Below are positions 45,817 to 51,546 of a stretch of 53,863 nt of DNA, in pieces. Origin of the DNA: Patescibacteria group bacterium. Lineage in GTDB: Bacteria; Patescibacteriota; Minisyncoccia; UBA6257; 2-01-FULL-56-20. The notes under the pieces were generated by a model that was given only the letters and a program-made list of their open reading frames with translations, had not been told where the DNA came from and did no database searches. The stretch spans positions 1 through 53,863 of the forward strand of contig JANLHI010000015.1 in assembly GCA_024654525.1 (NCBI GenBank), given 5' to 3'. A program made the translations under genes and the position numbers. Position 1 is the stretch's first letter. Every line of letters begins with the position of its first letter.

Positions 45817-46533
45817 TCACTCCCACCATTTTATAACAACAACTCCTGCGCTTCCTGCGGTACTTATATAATTTCCTCCATTCCCACCACTCCCATAGCC
45901 CCCGAGAGGACCTTTTGCTCCTGGACCACCCTGAGAAGTATACTCAACCGAGTTTTGCCCCCCTGCTCCTCCCGCCGCAGCAAATCCCGTGCTCTGCAGT
46001 ATAGAGCGACCTCCAACCCCCCCCGCGACCGCAAGAGATCCGAAATAAGAAGCACTTCCACTTGTTCCAGGTTGACCTGGCCCACAACTACTACAATAAC
46101 TCCCCCCTCCGCCTCCTCCGCCCACTGTCACTGGAACTGTGCTTGATGTTGAGACGTCCACGGGAAAATCAAGCGCAAAATAACCGCTCCCACCGCCACT
46201 TGAGTTACAGTTGACTCCCGTACAGCCCCCCCCTCCTCCGCCACCACCGCCGATGAGAGACACAAAAACGACTGTCACTCCCGAAGGACGTGTCCATGTG
46301 CCATCTGCGGTGAATACTTGAGCCTTTGGGGATTTCCCTGCTGCGTCCACATACGATTTACTTGCAGCATCCGTATTATCTGATGGCGTTGAAAGGCCGC
46401 GAATATAAACACCGGAGCCAAGACTAATCACCCCCCCGTTTGAACCCAATGTCGAATTTGCGTACCACACCATGCCACCGATAATCAACAACATTCCCAC
46501 TACACTCCCAAAAAAAAGTATATGTTTCTGCAT
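45817..46533 (-). CDS. Secreted or anchored Gly-rich fibre-like protein
   Basis: N-terminal hydrophobic helix, DAASKSYVD, FTADGTWTRPSGVTVVFVSLIGGGGGGG...GSAGVVVIKW (tail-fibre Gly-rich type). Confidence 0.75.
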   Translation of the reverse strand: MQKHILFFGSVVGMLLIIGGMVWYANSTLGSNGGVISLGSGVYIRGLSTPSDNTDAASKSYVDAAGKSPKAQVFTADGTWTRPSGVTVVFVSLIGGGGGGGGGCTGVNCNSSGGGSGYFALDFPVDVSTSSTVPVTVGGGGGGGSYCSSCGPGQPGTSGSASYFGSLAVAGGVGGRSILQSTGFAAAGGAGGQNSVEYTSQGGPGAKGPLGGYGSGGNGGNYISTAGSAGVVVIKWWE

Positions 46534-46557
46534 AGGTTTTCTTTAGTATACCATATG

Positions 46558-47178
46558 CTATCTTTTGACCTTTCCTATAAAATCATTCTTAGTAACCATT
46601 CCAAAAGAGGTACTATCGAGTGACCCAGTCGGAATATTCCCCAAGATCAAATGCCCGCCGCCGGTAACTACTCCCCCTCCGCGCGCATAATCCTGCACGT
46701 AGAGATTGAGTATTTTATACGCGTTCCCTGCAATGAGATAGGGCACTCTTTGAGAATTCTTTACTATTTCTCCGTTTACTACGACATTCCAGCCATCATT
46801 ACTTTTTTTGAGTTCCAGTTTATCTCCAGGTATTGCCTTTACCACTTTCACTATCGGATCTACCGTTCCAGAATAGTTATATACCACAATATCGCCACGT
46901 TTTGCGTCATTGCACGCATAGTAGCCCTTTATCACTTTCACCTTTTCTCCGTTTTCCACCACTCCGGTAAGCGATCCGCCCACTACAGTTACTTCTTCTT
47001 CACTTGTGATGCAATCCGCTTCTCCTGCCGCGCCGCCGCCTTTAAAACTGAATCCGGATGAAGATTGCGGCGCACTCGCGGAACCGCCGCCGCCAAAACT
47101 GCCCATCAGAAACGCCCCAATCACGCCGCCAATAATCGCCGCGAGAAGAAGAGGAAGATGTTGTTTGAGAATATTCAT
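46558..47178 (-). CDS. Divergent signal peptidase I (S26)-like protein
   Basis: VVGGSL (Ser), RGDIVVY, IVKVVKAIPGD (Lys), VNG, LGN..SLDSTSFG..IGKV. Confidence 0.8.
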   Translation of the reverse strand: MNILKQHLPLLLAAIIGGVIGAFLMGSFGGGGSASAPQSSSGFSFKGGGAAGEADCITSEEEVTVVGGSLTGVVENGEKVKVIKGYYACNDAKRGDIVVYNYSGTVDPIVKVVKAIPGDKLELKKSNDGWNVVVNGEIVKNSQRVPYLIAGNAYKILNLYVQDYARGGGVVTGGGHLILGNIPTGSLDSTSFGMVTKNDFIGKVKR

Positions 47179-47184
47179 AAATAA

Positions 47185-47367
47185 CTACCGCTTTCGTGTT
47201 GTAATTTTTTCATTATCAAGAAGTTTTTCGCGAGAGAGAAAGAGCTCTATCGGCTTCCCGCACTGCGCACATAACATGAGCGATGCATACGCTCCTTTCC
47301 CGACCGATATCATCTCCCCTCGACTACGAATCTCTTTTTTGCATTTATCACACTGATATTTAAGCAC
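47185..47367 (-). CDS. 60-aa Zn-ribbon protein
   Basis: CDKC...CAQC; co-oriented and tightly packed with its neighbours. Confidence 0.6.
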   Translation of the reverse strand: MLKYQCDKCKKEIRSRGEMISVGKGAYASLMLCAQCGKPIELFLSREKLLDNEKITTRKR

Positions 47368-47375
47368 AATACTAA

Positions 47376-47675
47376 TTATCGCCTTCGTTCCAACTTCGCG
47401 ACTCTTTCCTCTAACCGTTTCATTTGCATGCCAAACGCCGCAAGTTCTTTCTTTTGATCTTCGTACATTGAAATAAACCGATCAAGTTTCGAAAAAAGCT
47501 CGCCAGAATTTTCCTTCATCCATTGCACATCATTCTTTACTTCCCGAAATTCCCTCTCCACATCATCAAGCTGCTTATTAAGCATACCAAAATCCGTCTG
47601 AACCGCTTTCGCAAACGGCTCAAACACTTCTGTTACTGTGCCTTTTATTTGAACGAGATCTTTTTTAGTGAGCAT
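47376..47675 (-). CDS. 99-aa coiled-coil hypothetical protein
   Basis: Heptad-rich C-terminus (MKRLEERVAKLE); TATAAT just upstream. Confidence 0.7.
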   Translation of the reverse strand: MLTKKDLVQIKGTVTEVFEPFAKAVQTDFGMLNKQLDDVEREFREVKNDVQWMKENSGELFSKLDRFISMYEDQKKELAAFGMQMKRLEERVAKLERRR

Positions 47676-47736
47676 TAAAATAAATTATATCACTCGCCCT
47701 CTTCGGGAACAATCAACCCCTCCACGCCGTCATGGA

Positions 47737-47763
47737 ACTCGTCGCCCCCGTGCCGATATTGCC
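47737..47763 (-). repeat. Intergenic copy of the GNVGIGT junction sequence
   Basis: ggcaatatcggcacgggggcgacgagt versus ggcaacgtcggcatcgggacgacgagt (52137->52111), 22/27 identical. It also forms a 17/18 inverted repeat with 48290..48307. Confidence 0.7.
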
Positions 47764-47811
47764 TGCGCGTTGAACCATACCTCATCTCCATATTGTTACA
47801 GTATACCAAAT

Positions 47812-48222
47812 CTACTTTTTCGGGGGTGTGAATTTCTGCCACGCCTTCTCGAGCCGGAAAATCTTTGACCGCACCGCTTCGTACCGCGCCATAAGGTTGT
47901 CGAGAAGGGAAATATCCAGCTTCTCGCCGTAGATTCCCTTCATGTGTTCGAGGTACACCACCATCTTGTTGCACCCCGCCATTGCCCGCTCAAGAAGCAA
48001 AATCCCCGTTGCATGGTCGCCGAAGCGCAATGAGTGTGCGGTTGCAAGTGTAAGCGGAACCCCCCGCGCCGTGTCCGCCATCCCTTCTCCAAAAGGGCAC
48101 TTTGACTTCTCGAGTTGAGGGAGAATGTCCTTCGCTACAATCACAGAACACGCAAGGGTCGCTTGATACACTTCCAGATCACGAAAGCTACGAACTGGTT
48201 TTTTTGGTTGGTATTTGTACAT
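47812..48222 (-). CDS. Four-helix-bundle protein (23S rRNA IVP/Avd-like)
   Basis: VRSFRDLEVYQ..VPLTLATAHSLRF..AMAGCNKMVVYLE. Confidence 0.8.
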   Translation of the reverse strand: MYKYQPKKPVRSFRDLEVYQATLACSVIVAKDILPQLEKSKCPFGEGMADTARGVPLTLATAHSLRFGDHATGILLLERAMAGCNKMVVYLEHMKGIYGEKLDISLLDNLMARYEAVRSKIFRLEKAWQKFTPPKK

Positions 48223-48307
48223 CGCAGTGCCGACGTTGTCTTATGTTTTACAATCCGTCCCTTTGTCTTCTCGGCTCAACGCACAATAAAATATCGGCAC
48301 GGAGGCG

Positions 48308-49558
48308 TCACACCACTATCACTTTTTCTCTTTTCTCCAAAGGAATTTCGACCTTTGTACCATCCTTGAATCGCACTCTTTTCTTTGGGCGTTTTAGCTT
48401 CCGCACCACATGGAGCGGGTAAAACTCAAAGTATTCTTTCTCGTCGAACCACGCGCACTTGAATTCAAAAAGCCGCAGGCCTGTCAAGCGCGACAAAGCA
48501 AGCGCGTACCACGTGAGTTGTTCAATGGGACGCTCCTTCGCGGCATTCGGTTTGTAGTCCAGAATGTGCACGCACCCATTGCGGACTTGGACTAAATCTA
48601 TGTGCCCGGTGAGGAGATTGGGCAACCCCGTGCCACGATTGTCCTGCCGCTTTTGCGCGGTCCCCTCGGACGGCTCAATGCGAGCATCAATATCGGCACC
48701 GGGACGCGCACGCCTTCCTCCTTTGAGTTGCATTCCTTCCTCTCCTAATATGTTGAATCCAAGCTCGTTTTGGAGATGTTTAATATCTTCCCGGCGTATA
48801 TACACCGGCACTTCCGTCGCCACCATCACGCTGTCGTTCGCAATCATAAACCGTTGGATTTGTTCGTGCCGCTCCTTATTCTCGCGCACGGAGGCAAGCA
48901 CGAACGCCGCGAGCCGGTTTGCGTAGTTGGTTTTTCCCTTCACAATCATTTGCGCCTTATCGAACCGCGATTTCACTTCCGACATCCGCGCACCGTCTTG
49001 GAAATACTGGTGCGGCGTTTCCGTGGAAACCGCATCAAGATAGTCCTTGAGGCGCGAGAGACGCCGGTTGCCAAATTCCTGAAGCATCAAGGCAATTTTT
49101 GCGCGGTGGTAACGGAAACGATACAGCTGACGGTGCGCGAGCGTGACCACTTCGACCGTTTCGCGGGGCTTGCAATACTTTACTGCGTAAGGACGAAGTC
49201 TCGCATAACGGCAAAGGTCTTCGTGCTCGTCAATCCATGCGGAGAGCGTGGCGGGCTCCGGCGAAACACCAAACTTTTTCTTCACAAGCGCGCACGCCTC
49301 CTCGCGCGTGAAGCCAAGATTGTAATAACTCATCGCCTCGATCACGATGGCAAGCGGAAAATGTTTGCCCTTCACATCGCTCCACGTGAATGTCCGCCCG
49401 CACTCCGGGTTTTTGCAAAGGTAGAGTTGCACCGTGCGATGCTTGTTATCCCGCAAGCCGCGCTTTACGAATTCTTTCGATTCGCAATACGGACACGCGA
49501 GCGCGGCGACATCGGGATCGCGCTCACGGCGGGCCGACATTGCCACAATTCGCGTCAT
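48308..49558 (-). CDS. IS1-InsA-like Zn ribbon/HTH fused to a C-terminal PD-(D/E)XK nuclease
   Basis: CPYCES..VKRG..QLYLCKNPECGRTF; helical HTH-like segment (TLSAWI); TEVPVY, GHIDLVQ, ILDYKP, QLTWYALAL. The start could be 49540. Confidence 0.8.
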   Translation of the reverse strand: MTRIVAMSARRERDPDVAALACPYCESKEFVKRGLRDNKHRTVQLYLCKNPECGRTFTWSDVKGKHFPLAIVIEAMSYYNLGFTREEACALVKKKFGVSPEPATLSAWIDEHEDLCRYARLRPYAVKYCKPRETVEVVTLAHRQLYRFRYHRAKIALMLQEFGNRRLSRLKDYLDAVSTETPHQYFQDGARMSEVKSRFDKAQMIVKGKTNYANRLAAFVLASVRENKERHEQIQRFMIANDSVMVATEVPVYIRREDIKHLQNELGFNILGEEGMQLKGGRRARPGADIDARIEPSEGTAQKRQDNRGTGLPNLLTGHIDLVQVRNGCVHILDYKPNAAKERPIEQLTWYALALSRLTGLRLFEFKCAWFDEKEYFEFYPLHVVRKLKRPKKRVRFKDGTKVEIPLEKREKVIVV

Positions 49559-49830
49559 CGATAGAGGTCATGCGTTCCCACATCATGGAGCAACGCCACG
49601 CCATCACGGGGAAACGAAACAAGGATTCGGTAAGCCTGTACTACAGAAAACGACCAAAAGCCGGAGAGCTTGCCGCCGAGCTTGTGTGTTTTGAGAAATA
49701 GGCTGAAAGGATTATTTTCAAACATCCTCACCCGCGCCACAACATTGCGGCGGAATTCCGGAGGAAGTCTCCCGAACGCACGCTCGAAATGCGAAGTTGT
49801 TTCAACGCGAACGCCGTGCGCCTCGTGCAT
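49555..49830 (-). CDS. RelE/YafQ-type mRNA interferase toxin
   Basis: TTSHFERAFGRL..FENNPF..LKTHKLGGKLSGFWSFSV..YRILVSF..LHDVGTHDLYR; start at ATG 49830. Confidence 0.88.
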   Translation of the reverse strand: MHEAHGVRVETTSHFERAFGRLPPEFRRNVVARVRMFENNPFSLFLKTHKLGGKLSGFWSFSVVQAYRILVSFPRDGVALLHDVGTHDLYR

Positions 49831-50023
49831 GGAGGGGATGTGAAGTAGTAAGAAACGTCTCAAAGGTGCGGGTTTCCCCTCTGCGAAATTCCCGTGTTCC
49901 TTCACGAGCAATGCGAAGCACGTCCTCCACGCCAAAACTACGGCCACCCTGACGCCATCCTTTAGGAATACGAATGATGATTTCCTTTTTTGTTTCGGTA
50001 ATTGTAGGTACTCCTGTTTCCAT
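49802..50023 (-). CDS. Probable cognate antitoxin (73 aa)
   Basis: Small ORF directly upstream of and overlapping the toxin; a TTGACG-16-TACAGT promoter-like sequence lies 6 nt before its ATG. Confidence 0.7.
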   Translation of the reverse strand: METGVPTITETKKEIIIRIPKGWRQGGRSFGVEDVLRIAREGTREFRRGETRTFETFLTTSHPLHARGARRSR

Positions 50024-50084
50024 ATCCTTACTGTATCAAAATGTGGCATGACGTCAAACAAGACCATTTCACGATTTTCTTATA

Positions 50085-50141
50085 ATCAAATCGCACGAGT
50101 TTTTAGCTTTTATGCCTTCGTTGTGGCTATTCGTGAGACCC
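50085..50141 (-). repeat. ~57-bp imperfect direct repeat, copy 1 (copy 2 at 51057..51113)
   Basis: The first 18 nt (gggtctcacgaatagcca) are identical; about three-quarters identity overall by hand alignment. Confidence 0.8.
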
Positions 50142-50189
50142 AAGCGAGAAGAAAGGAGAAAGGAAATCCGTTCCACTCTCAAAATCATC

Positions 50190-50444
50190 TCATACTCTTT
50201 TTGAAGATTTTATAAGACCGTTGATCAATTTATGGACGTGTACTGATTGATCGTACATTGTATGGAAATCGCTCTGGGAAAGAAAACTGGCATCGCGTGC
50301 CACATGTAATTGGCTTTGAACCTCTCCAACAGAACCGCGCGCCATCGCATAAAACTGAACTTTTTCTTTGGAATGCTCCCGATTAAATTCCTCGGCGATG
50401 TTTGAAGTAACGGAAACCGCAGCACGCCGCATCTGATTCGCCAA
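50190..50444 (-). pseudogene. 5'-truncated four-helix-bundle (23S IVP-type) gene
   Basis: QMRRAAVSVTSNIAEEFNR..KEKVQFYAMARGSVGEVQSQL. The N-terminal FRDL/VWQ helix is missing and an in-frame TAG lies just upstream. Confidence 0.8.
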
Positions 50445-50492
50445 ACAATTTATGATTGGCTTTCTTACGGTGACACCCGACTATGAGGAAAA

Positions 50493-50534
50493 GGAAAGGT
50501 TCAACCTTGCCAAATGGCAAGGTTGAACCTTTCC
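50493..50534. repeat. Nested palindrome: 20-bp perfect arms, each containing AAGGTT(C/G)AACCTT
   Basis: ggaaaggttcaaccttgcca-aa-tggcaaggttgaacctttcc. Confidence 0.95.
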
Positions 50535-50621
50535 GGATTTCCACTTGACTTTTCTTTTTCGGTTGGTAACATGGAGGTACAAGTGCCTTCGGGCTCGCCC
50601 TGCGCAAGCAGGGAGATAAGT

Positions 50622-50658
50622 CAAAAAGCCGTCAAAACAACCCTTTGACGGCTTTTTG
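50622..50658 (-). terminator. Hairpin with 15-bp arms spanning the 3' end of the PemK gene
   Basis: caaaaagccgtcaaa...tttgacggctttttg. Confidence 0.65.
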
Positions 50659-51030
50659 TATACGCTCGAACACATCCTTCTCAAGGAAACCGACTTTATT
50701 AGTAAACCGCTTTGTATCTACAACGCGGACTTGAGAAATCAATGCGGATGCGCTCTGTCCCTCTACAATCCCCGCTGGCACACGCATTTTGTGTTTTTTT
50801 GAAGAAGTCGTGAGCGGTACCACTAGGCACGTGTGCGGACCGAGTCCTTTCAAAATAAGCACCGGGCGCTCGAATTCCATCCCCGTGCCATCCTCCTCAA
50901 AGCCGACGTTTGCTCCAAGTGAGCACCACCACACCTCCCGCTCATGATAAAGTTTACCCACACGGGCGTGATGAATCTCTTTTTTCTTCTCATTCCACCC
51001 ATCAAAGTCTTTTTTGTGCTTTTTCTCCAT
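50632..51030 (-). CDS. PemK/MazF-family toxin with no adjacent antitoxin
   Basis: HEREVWWCSLGANVGFEEDG..RPVLIL..VVPLTT..ISQVRVVDTKRF. Confidence 0.88.
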   Translation of the reverse strand: MEKKHKKDFDGWNEKKKEIHHARVGKLYHEREVWWCSLGANVGFEEDGTGMEFERPVLILKGLGPHTCLVVPLTTSSKKHKMRVPAGIVEGQSASALISQVRVVDTKRFTNKVGFLEKDVFERIQKAVKGLF

Positions 51031-51064
51031 ATCACACATATCACGAGTCCTTTGATATCCAATC

Positions 51065-51370
51065 TCACGACTTTCTCGCTTTTAAATCCTTATTATGGCT
51101 ATTCGTGAGACCCCGCACCTTGTCCAAACCACACCGCTTCTTCAGTTCCTGATACGCCTTCCCGAAATATTTTAGTTGCTTTTCTCGCTTCCGCGCACAC
51201 CATTCGTGAAGATACGCTTCGTAATACACGAGTGATACGGGAAGGCGATACTTCGTAGCAAATACCGAGCCTTGGCGATGTTCATCAAAGCGCCTCTGTA
51301 AGTCGTTCGTTGAACCGATATATAATTTCTCATCGCGCTGGCTCTTCAACACATACACATAGTACATCAT
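51065..51370 (-). CDS. Small stand-alone GIY-YIG nuclease (101 aa including read-through tail)
   Basis: MMYYVYVLKS..LYIGSTNDLQRRFDEH..YYEAY..ARKREKQLK. Confidence 0.92.
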   Translation of the reverse strand: MMYYVYVLKSQRDEKLYIGSTNDLQRRFDEHRQGSVFATKYRLPVSLVYYEAYLHEWCARKREKQLKYFGKAYQELKKRCGLDKVRGLTNSHNKDLKARKS

Positions 51371-51385
51371 GGACAAGGTGCGGGG
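51111..51385 (-). mobile_element. Putative 275-bp GIY-YIG mini-element with 16-bp terminal inverted repeats and 5-bp flanking direct repeats
   Basis: TGAGA[ccccgcaccttgtcca ... tggacaaggtgcgggg]TGAGA. The inverted repeats are perfect and overlap the ATG and the C-terminal LDKVRG codons. Confidence 0.75.
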
Positions 51386-51420
51386 TGAGATAAAAACGGG
51401 ATTAACAAGCTCAACACGAA

Positions 51421-51546
51421 GGCAAACTCGGCATCGGGACGGTAAATTTCGGAACCAGACCAAGCATGAAAATCACTACTCCTCAAACCCGCACCACAGT
51501 TCTATACAAACGATTTTACGACCTTGCGCTACCAAAGGTAGCATAG
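51421..51546 (+). other. Inverted copy of the GNVGIGT junction heading a start-less 41-codon frame (possible silent C-terminal cassette)
   Basis: ggcaaactcggcatcgggacg matches the junction at 19/21. It reads GKLGIGTVNFG...LPKVA*, with TAG at 51544..51546 abutting the giant gene's stop at 51547..51549. Confidence 0.55.

Noticed and set aside
48308-49558. Cas4 or a complete IS1 transposase
   Set aside because: It lacks the Cas4 C-terminal Cys cluster and any cas1 neighbour. There is no DDE/InsB domain and no convincing terminal repeats around the whole gene.
48770-49564. 264-aa plus-strand ORF
   Set aside because: Antisense shadow of the nuclease gene.
49555-51113. Integron cassette array
   Set aside because: The repeats lack RYYYAAC...GTTRRRY attC ends and no IntI is present.
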